Positions 12,392 through 24,694 of a DNA stretch of 64,000 bases are shown here, one piece after another. The notes under the pieces were generated by a model. That model had not been told where the DNA came from, ran no database searches, and saw nothing but the letters and a program-made list of their open reading frames with translations. A program made the position numbers and the translations under genes. How positions within the stretch are numbered: the first letter of the stretch is position 1; each line of letters begins with the position of its first letter. Source of the DNA: Nemertoderma westbladi (Eukaryota; Animalia; Xenacoelomorpha); contig JAUCBJ010008566.1 in NCBI GenBank assembly GCA_032718475.1, forward strand, positions 10,477 to 74,476. Direction: 5' to 3'.

Positions 12392-14320
12392 ATGTGTGAA
12401 AGTGAAAGGCTGCTAGATTTATTAAAATGCGAACAAACTCCAGATAGTTCGCATGGGTCCCCTGTCACTGGTCATGGGTCACCATCAATGGGAACTCGGA
12501 TTGTTGATAGAGTTCACGGGGTATTTCGATCTGCGCGGAGTTGTGTGTCTGCTGATTGTGGTGAGATTTTTGAAGATTCATCGAGCGAAGGCAATGATGA
12601 AATAGATACAGCGAGGGAAGACAATGCTAAAAGAGATCCACTAAGAAAATATCGAAATAAATGGGGTACTGCCCGCAATGGGTTCAGGTTCATTGGAGAA
12701 AGAGATAAACGGGTTAATGCCTGCCATGGTTCGAAGGTCATTGGAGAAAGAGATAAACGGGTTAATGCCTGCCATGGTTCGAAGGTCATTGGAGATAGAG
12801 ATAAGCTGGGTAGTGGATCTCATGTCACTGGTCACAGGTCACCATCAATGGGGACCCAGATTGTTAATAGAGTTCACGGGGTATTCCGATCGGCGAGGAG
12901 TTGTGTGTCTGCTGATGATGGTGAGATGTTTGAAGATGCATTGAGCGAAGGGAATGATGAAATAGATACAGCGAGGGAAGACAATGCTAAAAGAGATCCA
13001 CTAAGAAAATATCGAGATAAATGGGGTACTGCCCGCAATGGGTTCAGGTTCATTGGAGAAAGAGATAAACGGGTTAATGCCTGCCATGGTTCGAAGGTCA
13101 TTGGAGATAGAGATAAACGGGGTACTGCCTATGGGTCGAGGGTCATTACAGATAGCGATAAGTGGGGTACTGCCCAAGGGTCGCGAGTCATTGGAGATAG
13201 GGATAAATGGGGTACTGCCCAAAGGTCGCGGGTCATTGGAGAAAGAGATAAATGGGTTACTGCCCATGGGTCGAGGGTCATTGGAGATAGAGATAAATGG
13301 GGTACTGCCCAAGGGTCGAGGGTCATTGGAGATAGAGATAAATGGGGTACTGCCCAAGGGTCGCGGGTCATTGGAGAAAGATATAAATGGGGTACTGCCC
13401 AAGGGTCGAGGGTCATTGGAGATAGAGATAAATGGGGAACTGCCCATGGGTCGAGGGACATTGGAGATAGAGATAAATGGGGTACTGCCCAAGGGTCGCG
13501 GGTCATTGGAGAAAGAGATAAATGGGGTACTGCCCATGGGTCGAGGGTCATTAGAGATAGAGATAAATGGGGTACTGCCCAAGGGTCGTGGGTCATTGGA
13601 GATAAAGATAATTGGGGAACTGCCCATGGGTCACTGGTCATTGGAGATAGAGATAAATGTGGTACTGCCCAAGGGTTGCGGGTCATTGGAGAAAGAGACA
13701 AATTGGGTACAGCCCATGGGTCGAGGGTCATTGGAGATAGAGATAAATGGGGTACTGCCCATGGGTCGAGGGTAATTGGAGATAGAGATACGCGGGGTAC
13801 TGCCCATGGGTCGAGGGCCATTGGAGATAGAGATAAATGGGGTACTGCCCATGGGTCGAGGGTCATTGGAGATAGAGATAAATGGGGTACTGCCCATGGG
13901 TCTAGGGTCATTGGAGATAGAGATAAATGGGGAACTGCCCATAGGTCACGGGACATTGGAGAAAGAGATAATCGGGGTAGTCCCCGCTTGTTTCCTGAAA
14001 TTCAAAATGGACGAAGTAGTGCGCATGGGTCTCGTGTCACTAGTAACAGGTCACCATCAATGGGAACCCGGTTTGTTAATAGAGTTCACGGGGTATACCG
14101 ATCTGCGCAGAGTTGTGTGTCTGCTGATGATGATGGTGAGATGGTTGAAGATCCATCCGGAGAAGGCAATGATAGAATAGATACAGTTGTGGGAGATGTA
14201 CAACATTCAATATGGGAAGAAAGTGATGTAGAAAGAATTATGGATGATCTTCCTATATACACAAGAGCTTCACAACGCAGCGCGACCATAAGGTCTTACA
14301 GGAAAATTATCAATCAATAA
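12392..14320 (+). CDS. Orphan 642-aa ORF: duplicated ~120-aa block plus ~20 copies of a 15-aa repeat (IGDRDKWGTAHGSRV)
   Basis: ATG-initiated uninterrupted ORF across 360-bp and 45-bp repeats. Paralog at 5828-6226 keeps the same frame and stop. No recognisable domain. Confidence 0.45.
   Translation: MCESERLLDLLKCEQTPDSSHGSPVTGHGSPSMGTRIVDRVHGVFRSARSCVSADCGEIFEDSSSEGNDEIDTAREDNAKRDPLRKYRNKWGTARNGFRFIGERDKRVNACHGSKVIGERDKRVNACHGSKVIGDRDKLGSGSHVTGHRSPSMGTQIVNRVHGVFRSARSCVSADDGEMFEDALSEGNDEIDTAREDNAKRDPLRKYRDKWGTARNGFRFIGERDKRVNACHGSKVIGDRDKRGTAYGSRVITDSDKWGTAQGSRVIGDRDKWGTAQRSRVIGERDKWVTAHGSRVIGDRDKWGTAQGSRVIGDRDKWGTAQGSRVIGERYKWGTAQGSRVIGDRDKWGTAHGSRDIGDRDKWGTAQGSRVIGERDKWGTAHGSRVIRDRDKWGTAQGSWVIGDKDNWGTAHGSLVIGDRDKCGTAQGLRVIGERDKLGTAHGSRVIGDRDKWGTAHGSRVIGDRDTRGTAHGSRAIGDRDKWGTAHGSRVIGDRDKWGTAHGSRVIGDRDKWGTAHRSRDIGERDNRGSPRLFPEIQNGRSSAHGSRVTSNRSPSMGTRFVNRVHGVYRSAQSCVSADDDGEMVEDPSGEGNDRIDTVVGDVQHSIWEESDVERIMDDLPIYTRASQRSATIRSYRKIINQ
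13040..13975. repeat. 45-bp minisatellite, ~20 copies
   Basis: Unit TTGGAGATAGAGATAAATGGGGTACTGCCCATGGGTCGAGGGTCA. Confidence 0.95.
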
Positions 14321-14734
14321 ATCGACAAAAAATTTCATAGGCCAAGTTTATAATCTTTAACATTTTGTTTTTTATGGTAGTTCTTTTTTTTTTATAGTAG
14401 CAAGAACGCCATTCATTTTTATACGAAAAAATATTGATTTAGTTCATATTGATATTGTAACAAATGGTATGTGTTGGGATAGTCAGTCATACCGGTAACG
14501 ACTACTGTATGAATCAATGTTGACAGTGCAGTAAAAATTCACCAGCCGTATAATGTTCTCCATTTTGTACTTCCTTTTCTACTGCTTTTTTTTATTTTTT
14601 TTTACTAGACTCTAGACTACTAGTATCTCAGATTGTTGATAATGATAATAATTTACTATAACAATAACAATATTGAGGGATATCTGTGGAAATGTGAGTC
14701 TATAAATAAATAAAGTTCGAAAGTTTATAGCCCT

Positions 14735-15080
14735 GGCAAACCGGCACCATCATCCAATCTGAGTCCAGAGCGGGGGGCAAACCGGCACCGTCGTCCAAAC
14801 CGAATCCAAAGCGGGCAAACCGGCACCATCGTCCAAACCGAGTCCAAGGTGGGCAAACCGGCACTGTCATCCAAACTGAGTCCAGAGCGGGCAAACCAGC
14901 ACCGTCGTCCAATCCGAGTCCAGAGCTGGGGGGCAAACTGGCACCGTCGTCCAAACCGAGTCCAAAGCGAGCAAACCGGCACTGTCATCCAAACCGAGTC
15001 CAGAGCGGGCAAACCGGCACCGTCGTCCAATCCGAGTCCAGAGCGGGCAATCCGGCACCGTCGTCCAATCCGAGTCCATA
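14735..15080. repeat. ~38-bp tandem repeat (~9 copies) derived from the last codons of the CRE ORF
   Basis: Unit CCGAGTCCAGAGCGGGCAAACCGGCACCGTCGTCCAAT; minus strand reads RSGLGLDDGAGLP, like the C-terminus of 41239-45669. Confidence 0.9.
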
Positions 15081-16450
15081 GTGCCACTTGATCCAGGATC
15101 CACAAAGGCAGTGAGAAGCGCCTCGAATTATAGCGAACTGGATTCACTGTCTGACCCACCCCATTACCATGCTGTATGGCTTCGCCCTTACCTGACTCAG
15201 ACGGCATGCAAGGACACGAAGCAACGAAGCAAGATGCCACAAATGACACTTCAGCTCCTTCTAGGACTGTCATTGGGGCGCGTCCCACATATGACTCGGC
15301 GCCAAGGTTAGTTAGCCTAACGTCAATCAACGCCTGAGTCAGGGGTTGAACATGCCCCGGATTGCCAGGTCGCAGCGGAGTCCGTTGGCCTCTCCAGAGG
15401 TGTCTGTGTGTCGCTCTTGGACAACCGGTTCCCTTAAAACATTTGTCTGAATGCGAGGGCAGCTACATCACCGATTGTGTCCCAGAGCTCGTTGTGCTGC
15501 TGGATAACAAGGAGCCCTGATTTACAATTCAACCCATGTTTGAGGTTGAAGGGGGCCCCACAGCCATCGCAGCAGCTGGGCACTCTTGCAAGTGGTTGGC
15601 CAGATTGAATGGCAAGGCTGTCGCGGAATTCGCCTGGGGATAGGTCGAATTCATATTTCGCAAATTGTAGTGTGTTAATCCAGCTACCGATCTTATTCTG
15701 TGGCCCACTGTATTGTGTTGATCCGATCCTCCGGAAGATCCTCCAGAATTTCCTCTACCTCTGTAGTGTTGGCAGCATTGCAACGAATGTTGGTGGTCTT
15801 TAGGGCCTCTCAAAGTTACTCATGGTGACTGACCAGGCTGAACTCCTCTTCGAGAAGTATTGCCCCCACAAGGTGTTTAGTAGAGGAGATTGAGTGGGCA
15901 ACTCATGTTCGGTCTCCTTTGTTGGGTTACAGAGTCCCAGGCCACCTCTCCGAGGTGACAATGCTGATAGGCGGCGCTCTCTTCCGGTGATACTTCCATA
16001 TCCGCTTTTCCGTCAAAGACTGCGGGAAGGTACAACTCCGCTAGAAACCTTGACCACCGTGGCCACCTAGAAACCGGTGCCCTGTTACCACCTCAATCTG
16101 GTGCTTCGCAAACATTTTGCGACCAACATCAACAAACTGGGGGCTCACTACGAGGTAACAATTACTCGGTTCGGGGTGGTATCCAAAAGAGGGTCCAAGT
16201 GACAGGAGCTTCTCAAACCATTCGAGTAGTGCACTGAGATCAGCCGACCCAGAATACTGTCAGAATACTGTGTCCGCGGTAGCCAAAATAGGAATGCTGA
16301 GCACCGTGGCCACAACCAACGCACATTCCAAAGTGCGGTGGTCCTATTGAGGGAGTTAAATGCATTCGCCACATTCACGAGCAGCACTCCCCAGCCGTCC
16401 TCAGATCGGCTTCCAAACAAAGTGGTCATGGAGTGCACTGCGGCCTCAAA
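14735..16450 (-). mobile_element. Heavily deleted CRE-like non-LTR fragment (CRE3)
   Basis: [33 protein letters not shown] (16148-16438) and LIDVRLTNLGAESY..RAPMTVLE (~15260-15330) match the 41239-45669 protein. Confidence 0.85.
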
Positions 16451-16549
16451 AATGCAAAAAAAAGTGAATATGACATACTTTGCTGAGTCTAGCCGTTGGC
16501 GTATGGGAGACCAACCCCATCCTCGAGCCCCAGCCCACTGCTAGCGCCA

Positions 16550-16945
16550 CTTCCCCCGAGATTCCGATCAGCTTATGGAATTAATTAAATTATTCTGGAA
16601 CATCAATCTTTCGATCTTTATTTTCCAATACTCTACAGTTTGTTTTGAAATGCCCCACTAAATATATTTCTTAGCATGGGATTTTTGACAACTGAACTGA
16701 TCTGACAAAAAACGTTTGTCACATTTTCATAAAAAGGATTTCGCTAAGCCTTTCCCACTGTAATATTTATGATTTTTGTGAGAGGCCATAACGTAGTGAC
16801 TTTAATCACTAATTCCGGTATTAAATCTGCACCGCAAATTTTGAATTTTACAGATAATGAAGAAGCCATATTTTTTGAATAGTTGATTATTTTTGTTGGT
16901 TTATTGAATGAAGTTTTACTGTAAAGTGTTGATGAAAGAGATTCT
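16550..16945 (+). repeat. Unclassified interspersed repeat; uninterrupted counterpart of 7028-7111 + 12009-12340
   Basis: CTTCCCCCGAGATTCCGATCA...TATTTTCC continues directly into ATACTCTACAGTTTG... here, whereas CRE2 splits the other copy. Confidence 0.85.
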
Positions 16946-17211
16946 CCACAAAACCCTCGCGGAGATCGGAAAATAAAAGGAACACGGAGGATATTCAGTA
17001 GTAATAAACGGAAAGTGGAAGGTTGCAAAGAATTATTAGGTCCGATGACCGACAAGTTATGTCGTAAAGCCGATAGTTTGCTAGATAAAAATACGGGAAG
17101 TACAGATGGAAATACGAAAAAAAACAAATCCATATCCCACAATTCACCACCCAGCAAATTTACACTTTCAAGAAATCCATGGGGGCCGAGCCCCAACACT
17201 CTTATAGCGAA

Positions 17212-17308
17212 GGAGTCTACTGGTGTGCACCACGGAGCTAGCCACAGAGGCGAGGACGTCTACTGGTGTGCACCACGGAGGTAGCCACAGAGGCGAGGAG
17301 GTCTACTG
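17212..17308. repeat. ~42-bp tandem repeat, ~2.3 copies
   Basis: GTCTACTGGTGTGCACCACGGAG(C/G)TAGCCACAGAGGCGAGGA repeated. Confidence 0.85.
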
Positions 17309-18013
17309 AATCGGATCGGGAATTCAATCGACGACTGACAAATGTTGAGAATACCACGGCAAAGCTGCTCGGGATTTTAAATATAACAAATATTAGTATG
17401 TAATTACGTTAGTACTTAAGTTATTCAATATTTTCATATATGATGTAACTTATCATCTAATAAATCCATACCAACACAACACCTTTATGGACATTATTGT
17501 TTTCTCGCGACCTACTGAAGTTATAAAATACCACCTGCCAGCCTGATCCGCTAATCCTAAAACCTTTGTAACATTATTCAATAATTAATTACTCATTTTC
17601 CAGGTTTGTGGTCCCCCCCCCCCCCCCCCCCCCCCCTCCGGCCAAGAAAGTCATTAAAAAGTCATTAAAAGCCTCAATTTACGTAGTGACTACTGTATTA
17701 TTTCAACCAATCACAGCTTATTATAGCTATTAATTCATAATTTACTAACCAATCTCAGGTCAATATTTGGACGACCCCACCCGTTACCATAGCATCATTA
17801 CTTGTTCTTTGAATTCCCACTAGACGTGTTAAAGGTGACCTCGAAAATTGAGTTCAGGCATTGGCTCAGTGTCTGGTGTAATAAGGTGTATGGTGTAACT
17901 GGTGTCTGGTGGTTGGTGTCTAGTGGCTGGTGGCTGGTGTCTGGTGCAGAAGGTAACTTCTACTACTTTTCAGTTCTTGCAGAACTTTTCTGTTTTCACG
18001 ATCACGTGATCAG

Positions 18014-20249
18014 TGTTCGCGCTTTCAGACCTTTAGCAGTTTAACCTGCCAATTTTAGGTGTCCTCTTGTTTATAAATCGACTTTAGCCTATAACAAGTA
18101 TTTAGTGCACATGAAGTAACATTAGCCGAAGCCAGTCTATGCGCGATCATTCACCCACAGTTAAGGGAGACTGAATTCGGGTGCTTTGAAGTTATTGCGT
18201 TGCAGACCTACTGTATTATTCGATTGATCGTTACTATATAATCTCTGACAATATTATTCACTTTCGGGGAAATATTAACAGTTCCTTTAGGACGTGGCGC
18301 TTTAAGTATAAAACAGAGTTATGACTTACACTAAACACAACGAGATGGTTACTGATTTTCGTAAATAGCGCATTCTTTAGGAGATGCTTTATTATCTGTC
18401 ACACTGCTGCATACGACTTCACACTGCTGCACACTGATCTGCCGACCGTCACTGAATTCGACCATATAGAAGGAGGATAGCAACTGACACATGTAGGGAT
18501 TATGAAATAGCATTTAATTCACACTAAAACCACTATAATGTAAGTCGCAATTGCTACCGGTAACCAGTCCCTCTTACCTTCAGTAATCAAGAAGATTGGG
18601 GGTTTTATGATTATTTATCGGTATTCTCCAAATATAACAACATATCCAATATAACAATTAATAACAGACAGTAAACAGCAGTAAAATAATGCGGTGAATA
18701 GGATTGAGTGAGTGCAGTTTGATCAGTCAGGCCCAGTTGTTATGGTTTGTTGCACAGTTGCACAGTGCAGATAATAGATTTACGTTCTTATAATCAAAGC
18801 CGTCTAATGTTGGCCAAAGTCTGAAACTTCCAACACAGAAGTACAGAAGAATTTCCAAGCAGTTGTTCTCGCTCAGAAAGGTAAACAAAGACCGTAATGC
18901 ATTGCGCGGTTTTCCATAGGCCTCTGTACAAGATAAAATGAAAATCGCTCTGATTGGCCGAGCCTGAACAAAGAGAGGCTCCACGTGTACAGTAAATCAG
19001 CTGACAGATTTCGTCATCGGAGTTCCAGTCTTTTAGAGTATTAGGCGTATTGCGGCAGAAAATGGCTTGTTATGTCCGCTAAAACACCTACAGGGTACAT
19101 TGCGGAGAAAATGGCTTGTTATGTCCGCTAAAACAACTACACAGTTCATTGCGGAGAAAAATGACTTGTTATATCCGCAAAAGCTTTTACAAGGCTCCCA
19201 GAAAATGGGATTTAATTCTATAAAATATAAAAAATCACAGTTTCTAAAATATAAAAATACTCTAAACAGTTAGTCCTTCTTACGCGAACGGCGTTTACGC
19301 AGTTTTTTGAGGCTAGCAAGAGTCCTTTTCTCTTTGGGGCGAGCCACTTTACTAGGAGGGCTATAACTCCTAGGTGAAGGGTGCAATACAATTGCATCAG
19401 AAGGTTTAGGGTTACGGTCGGTGTATCCGCCGGTCGAGGTACCCGGTTGATCGGTATCAACCTCAGTGGAACGAGGTCGAACAACCTTGAGAGCGCGTTT
19501 TAAGACAGCAGCTCTTACTGGTCCCTGATGGGTCGTTTGCACGAGAGCGGTAGGTGGACCGTATGTAGTGAGAAATTTCCTCGGTTTGATGGTTCTTTCC
19601 GACTCGCGTTCTCGGGCTCTGTTGAAATCGATATGCTTCTCCTCGAGCTGATTTTCCTCAGCTTGTTGTTGGAGGCATTCGTCCAAAACTCTTTCAGAGA
19701 GTAGGGTCGTCCAAGTTCGATATCTTCTTAGAGGTCCTGGATTTCCCGATCGAGCTGAGATAAAGCTAATTCGTTTACCGCTTGGACTTGCTGCTGCAAT
19801 TTACGTTTCTCTAAACAATCGTAGGTTCCTTTTCCGATCTTTTGTCGAATAGTGTCTAACGCATTGCGTACAACTTTCTCCTCCACCTCGGTGACAGGTT
19901 GTATCGGGGTTAAACCGGGTTGATTATACGGGTTGAACGGCGATATTAAATGTCCGCGTCCCAATCCAGCTAGGTAGGATGGGCGAATATCTAGGGAGCC
20001 CACAACCGGAGTGCCACTGACTTATTGTTCGGGTAACACTAGATCTTTGAACAATTAGTACAGTTCAGGAGGATCCGTCATACTATTAGGATCAAGAGTC
20101 TGAGGTCTCACCAGGGAATGAGGAGGTCTGACCGAGTATTCCGGAACTCCGATCATAAGTTCATCCAAGGACCATTTGAGTCGAGCGAGCGTAGGTAATA
20201 CGTCGAACAAGTTTCGCTCGAAACTCCCGTAAATATAGTGAGTAAAACT
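18014..20249 (-). mobile_element. BEL/Pao-family copy D: 3' LTR (18014-19191) plus ~1 kb of 3' internal region
   Basis: Reverse complement of 25270-27606. LTR termini TGTAAAAG...CGCGAACA on the minus strand. Confidence 0.93.
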
Positions 20250-21014
20250 TTGCAACTGTCCAACTAACCATAACAACTGGTCACTTGGCACCTGCGGTAC
20301 CGGTATTACCGATACTGGCTGAATATCACCACATTATTGTACTTCTGTTTACTGTCTGTTATTAATGGTTATATGTTGATGGATATGTTGTTATATTTGG
20401 AGAATATTGATAAATAATCATAAAACCCCCAATCTTCTTGATTACTAAAGGTTAGAGGGACCGGTTACCGGTAGCAATTGCGACTTACATTACAGTGGTT
20501 TTAGTGTGCATTAAATGCTATTTCATAATCCCTACATGTGTCAGTTGCTATCCTCCTTATATATGATCAAATTCAGTGACGGTCGGCAGATCAGTGTGAA
20601 GCAGTGTGAAGTCGTGTGCAGTAGTGTGACAGATAATAAAGCATCTCCTAAAGAATGCGCTATTTACGAAAATCAGTAGCCATCTCGTTGTGTTTAGTAT
20701 AAGTCATAACTCTGTTTTATACTTAAAGCGCCACGTCCTAAAGGAACTGTTAATATTTCCCCGAAAGTGAATAATATTGTCAGAGATTATATAGTAACGA
20801 TCAATCGAATAATACAGTAGGTCTGCAACGCAATAAATTCAAAGCACCCGAATCCAGTCTCCCTTAACTGTTGGTGAATGATCGCGCATAGACTGGCTTC
20901 GGCTAATGTTACTTCATGTGCATTAAATAATTGTTATAGGCTAAAGTCGATTTATAAACAAGAGGACACCTAAAATTGGCAGGTTAAACTGCTAAAGGTC
21001 TGAAAGCGCGAACA

Positions 21015-21025
21015 ATAATAGATTT
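21015..21025 (+). promoter_or_regulatory. Non-tRNA primer-binding site candidate of copy B (ATAATAGATTT)
   Basis: Abuts the 5' LTR. Exact complement of AAATCTATTAT at 26742-26752 in its 3' LTR and at 18771-18781(-) in copy D. Confidence 0.75.
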
Positions 21026-22897
21026 CTAGATTCTTTATTGCACCGTAGGCAATAAAGTCGAAGGTACCGGTCGAACGGTAAGCTGTAGGCCTAACTGCCC
21101 AACTGCCCGAACCGGTACTTACAGGTACAGCAGTATTATTCGATTTTGATAATTATATACCGGTAGGTCTTGATATTTAATCAGGGACGCCTGGTTTTTT
21201 ATTGGGATTTTACTTATTTCTGTCAGTTTTATTTATTTGTAAGTGTAATATTGAGCAGAAGGCGTGTAAGCCTGCTCAGATTGTATAAATAATTTGTAGG
21301 CTGGATTGTTGTCTGACTGTTGTTAAGTCTGAAGAGATTGCAGTGTGTGTAGAGTGTATGTCCGATAAAGTACTAGTTAGGAAGGTGACAGCATCCAGTG
21401 CTGTAAGGTAAATCCCCCCCGAAAGAATAAGTCGTACTACTCGGTTAGAACGCATACTAACTAACCATTTCGGAGTCTGCATATACTGTAGTTTATTTAG
21501 GCTTGATAGTAGTCTGCCAGCGTTTGGTTTGTATTTTGTTTGTGTAGTCTGTACGGGTAGCGTAATATTTACTATTCAGAGTCTATGCTATTATTCGCAA
21601 CCTACATAATCCCAAGTTTATTCCTACAGTAATTGTGCTTGTTATACATACCGTTATAGTTATATTAACCCCGGTACTACATCAGGGCTGCTTGGCGTAG
21701 GTAAAGACTGGTGATTTTATGCTCTAGTCACTCCAGCAGATACCGAGGTTCTCTTAGCTGTACAAGTATATTCAACTGCTGGTTATTTGTTGTATAAGTA
21801 CTTGTACCTAATTTAGGGTTCAGTGTACAGTGCTTTCCGAAAGTAATTAGTGTGTAGGCAGTATATTTGTGTTGTAAAGTGGTTAATAGGCACGTTAGCT
21901 CTGGTTGGCTGCGGTAATTAACTTCTAGGTAAGAACACTCCGGGTACATAATGTAGTACTTATAGAGCTGTACAGCTAAAGACTATAAGTCATCAGACGG
22001 TGGTATTTTCTTATCTGGACAACGCAATTTATTTACTACTGCTTAATTATTTTTAAATACCGTAGTATCCTGTCCATTTGTAAGAACCAGAAATTCTAAC
22101 TTCTTGTTAGGCTGGTTTGTAGAAAATTTGTACGTGTAACTTTTGTGTTTATTTAGAGATTGTAATCTCACCCAGTAATTGTACGTAATTTGTAGTAATA
22201 AGTAACTTAGTCAAGTAGAACTATTTGTTTTAGTGTCCAACAAGTAGCACTTTACTGAGAGCGTACAGCTTCTGTGTAGTGACTCCTTACCAGAAATAAT
22301 AACATTTATTTTAAATATTGTCAAAAACCCATTATAAGGGTATATATATATTATAAATCAACTCAAACCAATTTATAAAATAGTAGGCCTGTTATCCATC
22401 AATTAGGTCTTAATATCAGTTGGACTACTGCTTAATATCAGTAATAAAGTAAAGAAAAGTAACCCTAAAATTCAGAAATTCAATTATTATAAAATAATTG
22501 ACATACCGGTATTTACGATAGGCTTATTATATTTATTTCCATAAATTTAAGCTGAAATTATATACCGGTATTCTGTAATTAATTCAAGTCTATAATCATA
22601 CTTATATATACTATAAGTGTAAGTTGTATACCGGTATTCACGGTAGGCTTATTATATATATTTCTATATATTTATGCTGAAATTATATACCGGTATTCTA
22701 TGACAAACCCTAGTCTGTAATAATACTTATATATATACTATAAGTGGATACCGGTATTCTAATATATTATATATATATATCGCGTTACATTGAGTAACGA
22801 TATCGGTAATTAATTACTAGGCTAACAGTTGATACTGCATTACTAGACTTGCTTTAACTGTCGTTATATTAGTAGGCATTCAACTGTACAATCAAAC

Positions 22898-23521
22898 ATG
22901 GCTGACACAAAGCAAACTCTGTCAGATAGTCTCCTAGAAACAACAGTCTGCGACTCCGACAGGAGTACCGAACATTTGAGACCAAAGTTCAAGTCCCCTC
23001 CTACTGTAAGAAAAGTCATCCCTTCAGTAGTAGTATCAGACCCTAGGCTAGTAAAGCACCGTAGGTCTATCATAGGCACTCGGGCTCAAGTCAAGCGGGA
23101 CCAAGAGGCAGCTGTTAAACAGCAGCAACACCCGAGCCGAGAACTTATTTCTCAGCGGCCCGATAGCTCCGGTAGTTCAGATACTGTAGAGTTGACACCC
23201 GAGCGCAGAGCAAAGATGGCAGAAGCAGTTTATTCGGATCCACTTCTCATTCTTCCTGAAGCCGTACTCACTAGAGTATTGATTGCGGTGGAGGAACATC
23301 AAATCGATTGGGCGAGAAGTAAGCGATCGACCAAGGACAGTTATGCGGGATACACAAAGGAGGAACTGAAGTCTATTGTCGAGACGCAATGGAACTTCCC
23401 CGGACCCGGACTCCCGTTTAACTTATCGGAAGCTGCCTGGGAGGACTTATACAGGATGGGAGTAGTAAAGGACACTAGAGATCCAGCAATAGAGTCTGTT
23501 AAACCCTTTGACCATCTGTAA
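22898..23521 (+). pseudogene. Truncated gag N-terminus of copy B
   Basis: MADTKQTLSDSLL...QWNFPGPGLPFNLSEAAWED...DPA aligns with the first ~195 aa of 49963-55017. Confidence 0.9.
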
Positions 23522-24694
23522 TTCTAGTCGATTAAGATATCGCGGCACCCACCGATATACTTGAAAGACAAAATTCTAGAATCAATGGTTAACGTCCCCA
23601 GACATGTTCTGGAATAAATCGGTGCCCATCTTAAATATTACATAGTTAATATTTATAAAAATCTATTAAAACAAATGTTATAATAGAGTAAATGCATACA
23701 AATAAACTCTAAGGAGTTTGTAAACCAAGAAAATCTATGAATCAAAATCTGTTAAATTTTAGATCCTTTAAAAATTCTAGTCGATTAAGATATCGTAGTA
23801 CTTACCAATACCCTTAAAAGGACAAATTTCCTAGAATCAAGGATCCCAGTCCCCAGACATGCTCTGGAATAAAATTGCGCCTATTTAACATTAAATAATA
23901 AAATTAACGGGAATAAATTTAAATTCATATCTTCTCATGAATTTGATAAATTGTATTTTATACAATTTATAATATTCCCAAACTTCCATTAATTAATAGA
24001 TCATGGGAGCGGAGATTCACCCTATTAAGTGTATTAGTGTGCGAGAATCTCCAATATATAGTCAATAGCCGATAAAATTCATAAAATCATGTATGAAGGG
24101 GAATATTGACAATTAAAGAATTACTATTAAATAGCATCCCAGATCTGTATGCATGAGAATTACCCTAATTCTACTGCTAGCTTTCCATAATGTCACCATG
24201 GCAACAACCACGCTAGAATTAGAAGCGAGTTAAAAGAACAATATAAAGCTTGCCTCATTGAATAGCATACGGAATAAATAGCGCACTGCTAGTATCCAGG
24301 GATACATAATAATAACGTGGCATTCTGAAAGGCACTTGACTAACGGACAAATGGCCCGAATGTGTACAATTTGTGACAGTTGTGTGGAATTTGTGCGTTT
24401 ATAGGTGAATGTTAATACTAAAGTGTGTTTACAGTAGCGAGTCGCAGTTGTGAAAGTAGCCCTACCTCTGCAGTAAGAACCTGAAGTAAATCTAAGCCCT
24501 TGGGACGGACAGTGGAGTGACTCGCGCTGGTTGTTGTTGTCGTTGTGTAGCTACTATGTTGGCGATAGACACAACGGCGACAGTACATCAGCGCTGAGGA
24601 ACTTGCGCTGTCCGGGGGCATTGAGGTGGAGGCAGCAACGACCGCTAGCCTAAATTATAATTAATTATAATATCGATAAACTCATATAGCAGCT

